Of a stretch of 64,000 nucleotides of DNA, positions 28,549 through 42,427 are shown one piece after another. A program made the position numbers and the translations under genes. The notes under the pieces were generated by a model. The model was not told the origin of the DNA, made no database searches, and was given only the letters and a program-made list of their open reading frames with translations. Origin of the DNA: the human T2T-CHM13v2.0 reference genome, Homo sapiens; the NCBI RefSeq assembly GCF_009914755.1, contig NC_060934.1. The stretch is one strand, 5' to 3'. Each line of letters starts with the position of its first letter. The stretch's first letter is position 1.

Positions 28549-31423
28549 CTTTAGAGAGAAATTGTAAAGTAGAAATAAAAAGGAAACTTCACCTTACAGG
28601 TAAATACCTCTAAATATTTACCTTAGAGGAAAATAGAGGGAATAGTGGATCAATGAACAGCCTCTCTTTCTCTGTTTGAAGAAATTCCACTGGCTAAAGT
28701 TAATTCCAGATTTTTTCCTGCCCTGCAATCCAGGCTTAGCTTTTGCTAGACCGGGTTACACCAGAACGGAGCCAGGCTAAAAACCCAGACCCCAAATCCT
28801 TCATTAGCCTGTTGTCCTAAGACAATTCTCTGAACTAAAACTATTCTTGCAACTCACTGTCATCCCCAAAGCTTGGTACCCAATTAAAGCACAAAGCAGG
28901 CTGCAGTGATATCTTCTACCTCTGCTGTTTGCTTCTGGGGATGCTTGCAGGCAGGTCACTGATAATTGGAAGCACGAAGGCAGAGGCCTGGGACTTTCTG
29001 CTGAATGGACTCTCTCTAGTGAAGCCAGCCTCTAGTTTCTTTGCAAGAACCTGTGTCATGCCTAAGTCCCCACAAGTGTGGGCTTCCAGAGGAGCGGCCC
29101 AGCTAGCCCCAGCTGAATCAGAGCTTCTCTTTTCTGTGGATACGTCACACAGAAGGCCTAAATAAAGGTTTTTCATAAGAGTCCCATTGTTGCAAATTGG
29201 CCATATGGTGACAATTGTTGAAGCTGTGTGTTTTTGAAAATGTTCATACTAAAGAGATAAAAAGAAGTATCATTGTTTCACCGTCCTGCTGAGCAGCACC
29301 AACTCTGTTTCTGACTCCCTCCCACTTTTCTATGAAATTTGTTAATCTTGCTTAGACTTCTAAAGGTTAAAACTGCAGAATTTTTATTTCCTTGGAGAAA
29401 GAACCATAACACCCATCTTAGGTTTCCCAGTTCCAGTTTCAACTCTCATAGACAAGATGAGACCAAATAAAACCTCAGAAAATACAAAAATCAGATAAAT
29501 GGAATCTACCCTAACAGGCAGGTGGGATTGGAGCCATGAGGTCAGCTGCTCCATTTGCTGTATCAAAGCGCACGCTGGGCAGGGTCTGCCATATGCACAA
29601 TATGAGCGTGTAGGCTGAGCCTCAGTCCAGGGCCGAGAAAGGCCAAAACAGAGCTTGGTGAAAGGAGAGGCAGGAAATGGAGAGCCAGTCCTGCAGGGCC
29701 CACAGTAAAGCGAGGACCAGGGGTTGGCATTTTCCACACTGCATTGATTAAGGCTTTGACAGCTGATCTTTTACATACATACATATATACAGACATATAT
29801 TATTAATAATACTTTAATTTTTTTCTGTTTTAAGGAAAAAATATTCCCATGCATTTCTCTGACCTTTCTTTGTATCATTCTAGTTTTTGCTCCCAGCAAT
29901 CACTTTAATGAGACACAGTCCTCTGGTGCCACATTCTGATCTGTAAAAAATATAACCTTTCACCTTTTACATATACTTTGTTTAAAATGATGCTGATTCA
30001 TCCCAAAGGAATTCCGGTGCATGGGAGCTATCTTGGCTCTAACCAAAAACACTCATGTGCCGCCCTGCGTCCAACAACAACCAAACAGGACTTACAGTTA
30101 TGTAAACATTATTTAAAAATTATTCCAACATAAATACTCTTTTAAAGCTAACATACCACAGCTTTTAGCTCATAATGCCCATAGATGCCTTAATGAAATG
30201 CCATTCAAAACTACCTCACTGTTTAAATTATACCTTGAGGTGCTAAAATTATGTAAACATCATCCTCTACACTTCTCTAGAACAAGTGCCAAGTGTTATG
30301 AATTCTGTTTGCAAGTTGGTGATTGAATACTAGTTAATCAGAGCAAAGTTACCAACGCACTCTTTAACCTGATTGGCTACAGGAAGCTAGTCACTGATTG
30401 ACTTGTTCCACAAGGCGATGATTCTTACATAACTTATAATTAACCAGTCTTCAACAGTGTTCACCCCATAAGGGACCTGAATTGGTCCCTCATAAGAGGT
30501 CTTTGCACATTTTGCAAATGCAGTTTGAATTGGATGTCAAGGAGTCCAGGTGTGCCACGGCAAGTGCCTCCAAAGCTAAAAGAAGAAATGTTCTTTGAAG
30601 CCCATGGAATTCCAAGCACAGGTGGAGTCTTCTCAAAGTCAATGAATGAAAAAAATATCAGGACGAGCCACAATATTGTCTTCTCAGCAGACAGGACTCT
30701 CGCCAGCAAATGTTCTGCTGTATTCATAATGGATGCCTTAGCCCCCACTGCAATTAGGGAGGGGGGGAAACCAAAGGGACAAGGAGAGTGAATGACTCTG
30801 AGAAATGGCTTTGTGGTCTCCTAACTTCATGACAATGATTCTTATACTCGAAACTCCCTCTGTGCTCACTGCTCACTGTGATGCCTTTTTTTAGTCCTGA
30901 CATCCATCCATATTTTCAGGTTTCTTGGTTGACATGTCCCTGGCAGAGAGAAAGAAAATGATTCCAGCCAAAGCTGTGGGCCACACATTAGTCTCGGCCA
31001 AGTTTTCATCCCTTATGCCCAACATGGACAGAAGACAGCCTGGCACCTTTGCAAGCAAGTCCAGATTAGAGGAACGGCCAACCCCAAGGCTGACCTTTTG
31101 CCACATAGGAGCAAGGGACAAGGAGAATGGTATGAAGAAGCATAGCCGGAATGGTCAGTGACTTCAATTCTAATCTTTAACACTTTAACAGTTCATGAAT
31201 GATAACATTGCAGACAGAAGCAAAAGAACATTTTTCTCTCCACCTTGTTGGCCAAACTTACAAGACTTTCATTCAAATATATACCTCTAAGGCTGGATTC
31301 TGAGTTTTTGTTTGAGAAAAATACTGTACACTGTTTTAGGGCAGATTTTCAAGGTGCTATTGTTGTTAAAAACAAAACAAAACAAAAAAAATTCTCAGTT
31401 TCTGTCTTTCAAGAACATCAGCA

Positions 31424-31558
31424 CTATTTCTTCATGTGCAGGGCATCCTGGAACTTGGTGCTGGTGTATCGGGCATGAAAGCCTTTCTTGTTGATGGTGT
31501 CATCTGTGCGGAATCGAATCATCAGGGAATCACCTGCAGAGTAGATTTCTTCTAATGG
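31424..31558 (-). CDS. TLL2: TLL2 last coding exon (exon 21 by usual numbering; end of CUB5)
   Basis: cctcag|[44 protein letters not shown]. Confidence 0.96.
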   Translation of the reverse strand, partial: PLEEIYSAGDSLMIRFRTDDTINKKGFHARYTSTKFQDALHMKK

Positions 31559-32814
31559 CTGAGGAAAGGAGAAAGGGAAACGAGAAGGACTTTAGCTGTG
31601 ATTGGAGTTGAAAATGAGGAGGATGGGACAGGATCTTATGCAAGGACACAGGATGTGTCTCTGGTACCAGAGACTCTGAAGGGCATCCAAACAAGCTCCT
31701 TTTCAAAAGAAAACATTGCAAATTCTGCTCCAGGGAGCTTTGCAGGCCCTGCTCTTCCAAAGATGATCCTAGGTGCATAGCTCATATAGAATCTATTATT
31801 TATTAAGTATGCAGGTGGGTCAGGTGCTGCACTAGGCAATTCCAGATCTTATGTAAACTTTACAGCAACCTTATAAGGCAGGTACTATCCCCATTTTTCA
31901 CTTCAGGAAACTGAGACTCAAGTTCTCGCAGGTAGGCGGGACCCAAGCTTAGGTCCTTCTGACAGTAAAGGATGCACCATGAATCACCGAGCTCCAGGGT
32001 CACCATTATGATGTGTCTCCCAGGAGACCTGAAACAAAGACCATGGTTCAGGCCTCTGTCTCATCCAAGGACAAAAAAATGGGATGGAGCCACTATATTG
32101 GTCAGAAAGGTTTTGCCAGGTGGTCTGTGAATGGGAGCCACGTTCCAAGGCTGTTGCCTGCGAGGTTCTAGTGGAGCCAAAGTGGGCTTCCCCCACAGTT
32201 AACTGCTCAGTTAACCCCTCCAAGGGGTTCCTTTCCACAGACCTCATAGTTTGAAAGATTTTATCAAAGGCAGTGCATTGGTTAAGTGCCACTTTGTCAT
32301 TCTTCCTTTTTTAGAGGGTGAAAGAAGATGAAGGGAATTATTCAAAGAAATATAAATGCCAATTTGAGTTTCCGTTTAGCACAAGGACCACTGGTGACTC
32401 AAAAATGATGTGCTATAAGTCCAGCCAATAGCAAAGAAGCTTGAGCGACCGGGCCTCCAGGCAACAGAAAGGAGGGGGCTGGTGCCCAGTATGGGCAGTG
32501 TCCAGTGCGGTGCAGCCAGGGGAGTGACTGGGACACTGTACTGGCCAATGCGCAAACTCCCACCAAGCACCAACTATATGCCAAGCCCGGTGTCAGGTGC
32601 TGGAGAAACAGCAAACACAATAGGCCCACTAAAGAAATCAATAATGAGAACATTGATAATGACCTTGAGCACAACTATTGTGTGTATAGTAAGTGACTTG
32701 TAATTTTCAGAGCATTTGGTTTTGCTTGAGGAGAGAAATGTGAATATAAGAAATATATAAAAGCATAATTAAATATTTTTAAAGCCTGAAGGCCAAATAA
32801 AAATGGAGGAGAGT

Positions 32815-33110
32815 GGCTGCGCATGGTGGCTCACGCCTGTAGTCCCAGCACTTTGGAAGGACGAGGCAGGTGGATCACTTGAGGTCAGGAGTTCAAGACC
32901 AGCCTGACCAACATGGTGAAACCCCGTCTCTACTGAAAATACAAAAATTAGGTGGGTGTGGTGGCGCATGTCTGTAATCCCAGCTACTTGGGAGGCTGAG
33001 GCAGGAGAATCGCATGAACTCAGGAGGCAGAGGTTGCAGTGAGCCGAGATCCAGCCTGGGCGACAGAGCAAGACTCCGTCTCGGGGGAAAAAAAAGAAAA
33101 AAAAAAAAAA
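32815..33110 (+). mobile_element. AluS element
   Basis: Alu consensus with a small right-arm deletion and A tail. Confidence 0.95.
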
Positions 33111-33400
33111 GGAGGGGAGAGGGAAAGCCTTTGCAAAAATAGGTGAAAGTCCCAAAAGGAAAAGTGCTCTTCCATGGCTGGCCTCAGTAAGGGGCCTTCA
33201 AGGACTGGTCCCTGGCTGCCTCCCAACCTCCTCTCGTGACGGTTCTCCTGCTTCCCACTCCGCTTCTGCAGAACGTGCCTCCTCGCCGTTGCTCCTAAGT
33301 GGAGTAGGTGGCCGGGACTGAAAGCCGGGCGTGTCTGACTCCACAACTCCTGCTGTGAATCATCACACTCTGCCCCGGCCCCAGCGTCTCCGGGACTTAC

Positions 33401-33651
33401 CCCAGAGCCACAGAAGCGGCCGAGCCTGGGCGCTGAGCTGTCGTAGCCGTCGTAGGCTTCCATGTAGTCGTAGCCGCAGTCGGCCTCCTCCTCAACCTCA
33501 AAGGTCCGGAATGTCAGCTCCACGCCGTAGCCGTCCTCTGCCACGATCACCCAGTCACAGCGGGCCTCGCTCGGGTAGTTGTTGTCCCCAAACTGGGCGT
33601 GGGAATAGAGCTCTTTGGTCTGCACTTCAGCCTTCAGCCTGCCCCCGCACT
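33401..33651 (-). CDS. TLL2: TLL2 exon 20 (CUB5 N-terminal part)
   Basis: cag|(E)[35 protein letters not shown]...RFCGSG|gtaagt; 251 nt. Confidence 0.96.
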
Positions 33652-34067
33652 CTGGAGCAGAGAGAAGTGAGATGTCCCCTCAGCACAAGACACCCTCGTG
33701 CCTCCCGCCTGCGTCTGCTCGGCTTTCTCTACAGAGCCTGGTGCGTGCCTGGCAGGAGAGGCCAGGTAGTCTCGTCACCCCATTTGATGGAGGAGTACAC
33801 AGAGGCCCCTGGCTCCCAGGTCAGGGCTCCCTCGGGGGTGCAAAGTGGCCCTCACAAGCCAAGGTCCCCTGTTCCCAGCTTGAGAATACGTGAGCATGCC
33901 ATTGAAAAGAGTTGGCTGCTTTTTGTTTTTTCCGGTTATGGAGACATGGAGCCAATGGACGGTTCGCCTCACTGGTCGCTGGGATATGGGTGGATCTATT
34001 TGCCACTTTATTCCCTGGAAGTGTTGGATGCATCTGAGAAGGGCTCCCACTCGCCCCACCGACTGAC

Positions 34068-34099
34068 TGCAATTTGTCATTTCTGCCGACAGAGGGCGA
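34068..34099 (+). promoter_or_regulatory. Candidate CTCF site with upstream motif
   Basis: Core CCGACAGAGGGCGA 34086-34099; TGCAAT 18 nt upstream. Confidence 0.6.
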
Positions 34100-34375
34100 T
34101 AAAAGCACATCGGAATCGCGGGTAAGCTCTCAACCCTGGAAACCTCAGACCCTAATTGACTGGTTTTTGCATTTGAGGGCATTGACTATAGGCCAACTTT
34201 GAGGTCCCTGTGGGTGTCACAGGTGAGCTGCACCTCAGGCTCTGGGCTGGTATTCTGTAGCCTTTGTTTCTGGGTTTTTTCATTATACAAGGACAGTAAC
34301 TCTGGTTGGCCCTGGTCCCATATATAGTACCTTGTGTCTTGGACACTTAAGCCCACATAAAATAAAATGGATATT

Positions 34376-34712
<337 letters not shown>

Positions 34713-35169
34713 TTAGCAAGCACCAGAAATTCTGGAAGCAAATTCTTGCACAGCCCCTCCCCAGTGTGCTCCATGCCCCCCGAGGGGCCCAGGCAAACGC
34801 TGTTGTAGATTCTGGGCCACCTGGCTCCTAACACTCCTAGGCCCCGCTGGAGCTCCACGCCCTGCCTGGCCCCGGTCCTGTCTGACTGACCATTCTGAGT
34901 CCTGTGTTGGCTCTGGCTTAGAATGTCTTACAGGTCTAACCTGTCTTTGGGAAATTTCAAATTCCTGAGAGCTGGGTGGTCATGAAATGAGCACAGAGCA
35001 GGGTGGGACGCCTCCCCTCCATCCGGCCGGACGCCCCCACCCTCCCCACCTGCCTGGGCCCCGTGAGACAGACCCCTGGCCTACATCGATGACCCCGTGC
35101 CTTCTGCTGCAGGTTCAGCCATGGGGAGCACCAGCAGATCAGAGGGAGGGAGGCGAGAGAAGCCAGGGT

Positions 35170-35440
35170 ATTTAGTCCCCTGATTGCCACAGCTTTTCTT
35201 CCACTTAGGTCACAGCTGCAGCCAGAGGGTCTCTGCATGCAGTCCTCTCTGTCTCCAGCTTCCAGGAACTGCTCCCTCCTCTCATCCTCTGGGCCTGGAG
35301 TTGCAGTTCCTAGCTCTGGTGGCTTCATTGTCCTACAGTGTCCCATACTCTCCCACCCCTTTGTAACTTGTCCCTTTATTAACTTCTCTCAAATAATGAC
35401 TCTGAATGTGCCCCCACTTCCTGCCGGGACCCTGAAGCAC
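35170..35440 (+). mobile_element. ERVL-type LTR fragment (LTR33-like)
   Basis: Ends gtccctttattaac...tcctgccgggaccctga. Confidence 0.45.
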
Positions 35441-36069
35441 CTGTGTTCCTGCTGGTCTCTATCTGCAGGGACAAGAGGGCTTTTAAACTTCCCTGTAGGG
35501 AGCTAGAACTCCTCAGGGAGTTTGACAGGGTTCCACAAACCATGCAGCGTTTTCTGCTGTGCAAGAGGAGGCTGAACTGCCTCAGGATGCTGGTTGCCAT
35601 TTTGTTTGACCTAATTTATATTTTCCGGTACTGAAAAAAAACTGGAGGTAGAGGCTGTTAAAAGGATCACAGGGTCCCATGATCGTGAGCTCAGACTCAG
35701 CATTACAGAAGCAGAGTGGGCTTTGGGTGGTCACCAGCTCTGACAAAGGACACAATTGTACATCAGGATCAAAGGGTCAGATTTGCTTCTGTGGGCACTA
35801 GTCCCAGGTGGCAACATTTTAATGGCTAAAGAGCAGAGCCAAATTTCTTCCTGACATTCTTCTACTTAACGAAGTAGATAATATAAGTTATAAGCACGTA
35901 CATTTCCCACCAAAGGACCTAATAGTGCTATTTACATTTTGAATGGAAGAAAAAATCACGGGGAACAGAAACATTTTTCACTTTCCAGAACTGGTCCTTA
36001 CAGGGATAAAAGGGCTGTTTTCACCACTCAGTTACCCAACTTCTGGACTTCATAGACCAGCAAAATACC

Positions 36070-36389
<320 letters not shown>

Positions 36390-36479
36390 TAACAAAGGGT
36401 TGTCCATTTCAAATTGCGTCAATTAAGGACATTGAAAGAAGACGGCCCTTTTCCCTTTGGTTGCTGATGCTTCATTTTA

Positions 36480-36789
<310 letters not shown>

Positions 36790-36931
36790 TAATAGGACAT
36801 TTTATCACGCACCTTCCTCCCCTCGCCCTCCCCCAGTCAGAATAAAAGGCAGTCCTTGTCGTGCCTTCACCATTTCTCTGTCTCCTGTCCAAGTGCTCAT
36901 CAGGTGGAAGCCAGTGTCCCACCCCAGGTAC

Positions 36932-37145
36932 CTGTGCTGTGCACTGCCTGGAAGCCTTTCCTCTGCACTGAGGCATCCGAATAAAACCTGAGAAACATAC
37001 TGCTGCCGGAAGCCACCGTGGGGTCTGGTTTCTTGCTGCCGCAGAAACGGCCCAGAATGGGGGCCAGGCTGTCCGGCCCGTCATACATTTCCAGGTGGTC
37101 ATAGGCACATTCCTGGTGCTGCTCGATCTCAAACTCATTAAAGGT
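36932..37145 (-). CDS. TLL2: TLL2 exon 19 (CUB4 C-terminal part)
   Basis: cag|[23 protein letters not shown]...GFQAVHST G|gtacct; 214 nt. Confidence 0.96.
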
Positions 37146-38836
37146 CTGGGGACAGAAGAGCAGAAAGTAAGGCAAGGGCCTGGCGTTCAGCTGGGGTGGG
37201 GGCCTCCTTTCCAGTTCTGGGACAGGAAGGGGCGAGGCAGTGCAGGGAGACGTCCAGCTGGCTGTGCAGGGGGTGTGTGGCCGTGATGATGCTTGAGGAC
37301 ATCTGTAGAGAGGGTCTCAACCTCCGCCTTGCTTTTGGTCCAGCAAGTGGCCCTATGAAGTAGTTACATGAGCTATTGCTACAATGACCACACTGCAGAT
37401 GAGAGAGCAGGGGTTCAGAGATTAAATGCTTGACATTTTGACAGCTATTAAGCGACAGAGCCAGGCTTTACACAGCCCAAATCTGTCTTCCTTCCATCCC
37501 ATCACACAGCTTCTCTCTCACTTAGGGCTAAGAGCCAGCAAGGGCTGAGTGCCCACTCTGTCGGCAGCTGTTTTAAATGCTTTACAAGTATCGCCTCATT
37601 TAATCTTTACACCCCTGTGATGTGTCTAATCCCCGCTTTACAGGTGAGGAAAATGAGGCTCATCGCTGTCAGATGACTTGCCCAAGGTCACATACTGAGA
37701 GTTGGGCCATGATCTGGTGCTCTGGCATCAGAGACCCTGCTGTTGACCTGTGCACTCTGCTGCACGACCCTTTAGTACAAATGACGCTGGTGAGGTTGTA
37801 TGAGGTGCACGCTGCTCCAGGCAGCACCCTCATGGTGGCTGACTCTCGCCGAGTGTTTATTCCATGCCAAGCATTTATGCGCATTTTCTCTCTTACTTCT
37901 GGTGATGCTGTGAAGGAAGAGCTGTTATTATTTCCAACATGCAGATGGGGAAAATGAGTTTTAGAGAAGCTGGCTGGCCTGTCCCAGCTCACATAGCTGG
38001 AGACAGATGAAGCTGAACTTGACCCCAGCTAGCCTTCTCCAACCCCCACTGCTATCAGTCATCAGGTTATGCTGCCTCACCTCTCCCTGTTCCCCCTAAG
38101 GACTGTCCCCTAACGCTCGCCAGGGGCGCCGCACCATTCCAGGCTTTTCAGCCCTGAATGCAGGCTTCTCAGATGCTGGGTAGGTGGCCGACTGATGGCA
38201 GCCCCAGCGTCAAGGGAGATGGGATAAGGTGAGCGGGGACGGTGTTAGATGAAGACTTGGACCAAATGACAGAGCAGGGAGACAGGACATTAGTTGCGGG
38301 GGGAGGGGGTGGGTGTCAATTCAAAAGAGCGGGGCTGGCCTGGCAGCGCAGAGATGGAGGTTGGGAGGGGGAAGGGACCAGCACGGCAATGCAGGCTTTC
38401 AGAAGAATGACTCCCACACACTAACGTACTTGGGCAAAGCTCTCCCGCCAGTGACATAGGGAGCACTGGGCCAAGGTGGTGAGTAGAGACACGGGACAGG
38501 GGAGCAGTGGCACCGGGACGGCCATGCAGTGGAAGGAAGCCTTAGGCTCAGCAGGCAGGGAGCTCCCAGGAGGTCCATGGGGCGCCCTGTCGCCACCCAC
38601 ATGCAGTGAACACCACCAGCTTCCTTGAGAAGTATTCAACTCACATTCTATGGTAGCGAAAAGCGCGCAATCAATATAGCCACCATCCGTTTCCCAAGGG
38701 AACGCCTTTTGGAAACTACCACGTGAGTCTGTGAGCCTCGGGCAAACGCTTCCCGTTGTGCGTTTGCGCGCTCCCAACGCCAGAAGGCGCCTCCCCCGAG
38801 GTCCTCGGGGCTCTATGTTGCCATTGCGAACATTTC

Positions 38837-38850
38837 CCAGCAGATGGCGG
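38837..38850 (+). promoter_or_regulatory. Candidate CTCF site in a CpG-rich intronic segment
   Basis: CCAGCAGATGGCGG matches the CTCF core. Confidence 0.7.
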
Positions 38851-40027
38851 TCTTGGAGAAGCAGTGCCTTTCCCTAAGGCTCTCTTCAGTTCATCCTCAC
38901 CCAGATTCAAGGCTGACCCGGGATACCAGCTCTTAGCAGAGCAGCAGTTTCCCCACGGGCAGCCCAGCATGTGAACTGCCCGCTGGGAGCACCCTGTGGT
39001 CAGAGGCCCTGTCTTCACCCCTCGACGCCCTGGGGGCCCATTCGCCTCTTCTGCTCCTCACTCATGGCTCTCACCAATAAACAACCTGCAAGTCCCTGCG
39101 CCATAGTCCATTGATCATGGACTTTTCCCTCTCTGTTCTCTTCCATTCTCCCTGAGTTATCGTCCACAGTTCATAGGGTCAATCCTACTTACCTCTACAG
39201 TCAGAAAAACCCATTTAAAAAATGTCCATCTGCCTGAAGTACAATACATTCTCCAGCTGGCAAAAGGGGTTCTTTATTCTCCAAAGTGTGGGAGTCCCTG
39301 GGGGTTGAGAAGTGAGACTCCTAGGAGATTCAACTCTCCTTTGAAATAACTGTGCAAACCACACATCATATACGTGAAAAAGACTTCAAATAAAGGCTTG
39401 GGGAAAATTTTTAATTCAAGAGGGAATTTGCATAAAGAACTTAGTCTCCTATTACTAATGGGAAAAAAAAGTAAGTTGTAGAAAAAATACGAATGGGATT
39501 TTATTAGAGGAATTTGAGTAACAAAAACATATATATTTCCCTGTGCACTGACAGTCATGATTGTGCACAGAAAATTTCTAGAAGGATCCATAAGAATGTG
39601 TTTAGAGTGGTCATTTCTAGAGTGGAAATGGGGGCTCTGGGGTCTTTTGATTTCTATTTCCAACCTCCTGTACTGATTCATCTCATTTTTAATCATGAGA
39701 CTGTATTGTCTTGTAAAAAATTAAAACTGGAAACAAGTGAATCTCAAACAGCACTGCAGATGTGGGTGGTGGATGCCGCCTCCTGCGGGTCCCACTGTGC
39801 CCAGGTGTGACCTATAGAGCTTTTGTGCGTTGTCTCTTTTAATCTGCACAACAGCCCGATGAAGTAGGCTTCATTAGTATCCATGTTTTCCAGATAATGA
39901 AACTGAGACCTGGAAATGTTGAGTAACTTCCAAGTTACAGAGCTGGGAAGTGGCAGAGCAGAGACTCAAACGCACATCTGCCTGATACTCAAGTCCACAT
40001 TCTCAATAAACTACAAAAATGACTCAC

Positions 40028-40155
40028 GAGTTTCACTCTGTGGCCTGCAGTCGAAGAGATGTTCCAGGTACACTCCCTCCGGCTGGGGTATTTGTCAGGC
40101 CAGTTGGGGCTCGCCAGGGTCCCCTCCACACTGCTGATCTTGTGTGCACAGCCAG
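40028..40155 (-). CDS. TLL2: TLL2 exon 18 (CUB4 N-terminal part)
   Basis: cag|(A)[42 protein letters not shown]|gtgagt; 128 nt. Confidence 0.96.
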
Positions 40156-41879
40156 CTGGGGGTGGCAGGGGGACACATACAAAGAGAGAAGTCATTCACT
40201 GTGGGCAGCACAAGAAGGATTCTAGGGGGGTCTCCTCCCCTCTCTCCTAATTGTCTCAGGGTCTTTATCAAATATGGGGGTGGGGTATCCTGAATCGGGT
40301 ATCTCCTGGCTCAGGGATGTGCTGGTTTACTTGCACTGGCTTTTCTGCCTTCCTGACTGTGGCTCGGGGGCCAGGCTATCTTTCTATTCCTATCCACATT
40401 GCAGTTATCCTTGCAAATATGTTAAAAGCACTGGCAGTGGGGTCAGGTGGGCCTCGGCCCATGTCCTGGTTCTGCCACCTACAATCTGTGGGACTTGGGG
40501 CTCTTATGTAAGCTTCGGTGTCCTTATTTGTAAAAGGGTGCCACTCTAGTCAGGGTGATATGTGATCGAATGAGATAATGCATGGGAAAGGCTTAGGGCA
40601 TGCCAGCCCATGGTAAGTGCTCAGTGCATCTTGGCTAACAGAGGCCTCCTTCATCATCCATCCATAAGCTTCTTTTAGTTTTTCAAAGTGGCTTTATTTG
40701 GAGTCTACCAAGTTTGTCCTGGTTACAGTGCTATTTGCCAAGAGTGGTCCCACAACTTGTTCAATGCCTGGCATCTTGGCCAATAGCTGCCATTTCTCTT
40801 CTGTGGTGGGCACTGTGGTCAGCATTTTCCATGCATCCTCTCTTTTAGTCCTTCTCACTTCCCAAATAAGAAAATAGGTTTGGAGAGGGTCAGTGCCTTG
40901 CTGATAGGGGGCAGAGCTGGGACTCGAACTTGGCCTGCCTGGCTTTGAGGCCAGTCTACCACTGCTTAGAAAGCACGGTGGACTGTATCACAAACACGGA
41001 GGCTCCACACTGAAGAAGCTGGAGAGGCAGGTGAGGAGGGCCGGGGGCAGGAAGGGGAGGAAACAGCTTCGAGGATGTTCCAAAGAGATTTGCCTCTGCT
41101 CAGTGCTACATCTGCTCTGCAGCCAACGCAGAGAACAGGTGCTCAAAGGGGCAGTGGCTCGGCTCCTGGGACATTTGCTCAGCTCCTGAGATGTTGCTCT
41201 GACACCCCCTGCTGTTGGGGTCAACCCACATGAATGCAGCCACTATTCAGGGGTGGGATCTTGGGAGAGTTGACGTCACTCCTGTCCTCTCCCACACTGC
41301 AGGAGGCAAGCCTGGTCCTGGCCCGGGCCCATCTCACAGGGGCTTGACTGTTCCTTCCCAGCTCAGTTCTTCCAGCAGCCTCCCACCCAGCCCCTCCGCC
41401 ACCTGTGACCATGCCCTAGGGCTGGGCTTGGAGGGTGGCCACCTCCTCCTGAAGATGTGTCAGCGCCTCCTTTAACATTCTAGGCAGATCCTGACCAGAC
41501 TCTGCGGCACCCAGCCAAATCTCCTAAATCCAGACTGTTTATTCCAGAGATCAGGGTGTGTGTCTTCCACATCTTCCTCCACCCTTGACTTCCTTTGCAG
41601 GGTTTCGTGGCTGGAGCCAAGGCCTGGAAGCCTGTGTGTTTGTCATAAATGTTCGAACTCCCTTCACTGGGCAGGGTAAGAACAGAAGGAAGGCTTTTTC
41701 CAGGATGACTGGACAGTAAAAGCCACCTGGCCCTGAAGAATTCCCCACAGTGAATGGAGAATGGAGCAAAGCTTTCCCCAAATCCTATTTTCCAATGGGA
41801 CCTGCATATGGTAATTAATATATGACAAAGACATAAATGGCTGATCTTTATTGACATTTGAGGACATAACATGTGTCAG

Positions 41880-42080
41880 AGAGTCTGAAATACTTTCTAG
41901 GCATTCTTTTAATCCTCACAAAAACTTTAAGAAGGAGGTATGTTTAGACCCTTTTAACTAAAGAAAAAACTGAGGCTCAGAGAGGTTAAATAGCTTGCCC
42001 AAGGTCACACAGCTAGGGAACGGCAGAGCCAGGATTTAGACCTAGGTAATTGGATTCCAGAGCCTGCAGGCTTAATCACT
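41880..42080 (-). mobile_element. MIR element (one of many; others near 15350, 15620, 16250, 37350-38030, 39800, 40430, 54870, 58000, 63450)
   Basis: MIR core AAACTGAGGCTCAGAGAGGTTAAATAGCTTGCCCAAGGTCACACAGCT. Confidence 0.85.
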
Positions 42081-42301
42081 TACAAAAATAACAGCCTAGA
42101 GCACCTGAGGCCCCCAGGTGCCTCCTGAAGGAGCGAGATGCCCTGGGGAAAACTCTCCCGCAAGGACAGCAGTTGCTGGGCCTCAGCTCAGAAGGTGGAA
42201 GAGGTCCTCGCCGCACCGCCTTACTCATGCACATGCACACAGGGGCATGGGGTGCGGCGAAGGGCAGCCCGCCCCCCCAACAACTGGAGGTCCAGCCTCA
42301 C

Positions 42302-42427
42302 CCTCTTTGCAGTCATGCCCATTCTCGTGGAGCCAGTAGCCGTTTCTGCACCTGCACAGGTAGCTCCCGAAGGTGTTGACGCACTCATGCTGACACCCGC
42401 CGTTGTCCTTGGCACACTCGTCCTTAT
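42302..42427 (-). CDS. TLL2: TLL2 exon 17 (calcium-binding EGF2)
   Basis: cag|(D)[42 protein letters not shown]|gtgagg; 126 nt. Confidence 0.96.

Larger units (their letters stand above)
27930..31423 (-). other. TLL2: TLL2 3'UTR (~3.5 kb, end approximate)
   Basis: Downstream of TAG; mostly unique AT-rich sequence. Confidence 0.6.

Noticed and set aside
30252-30280. Possible miR-30 gene copy on the + strand
   Set aside because: No complementary star arm or pre-miRNA hairpin visible; better read as a target site in the TLL2 mRNA
33331-34125. 264-aa + strand ORF
   Set aside because: Antisense shadow of GC-rich TLL2 exon 20; GTG start, low-complexity R/S/P content, no recognisable domain
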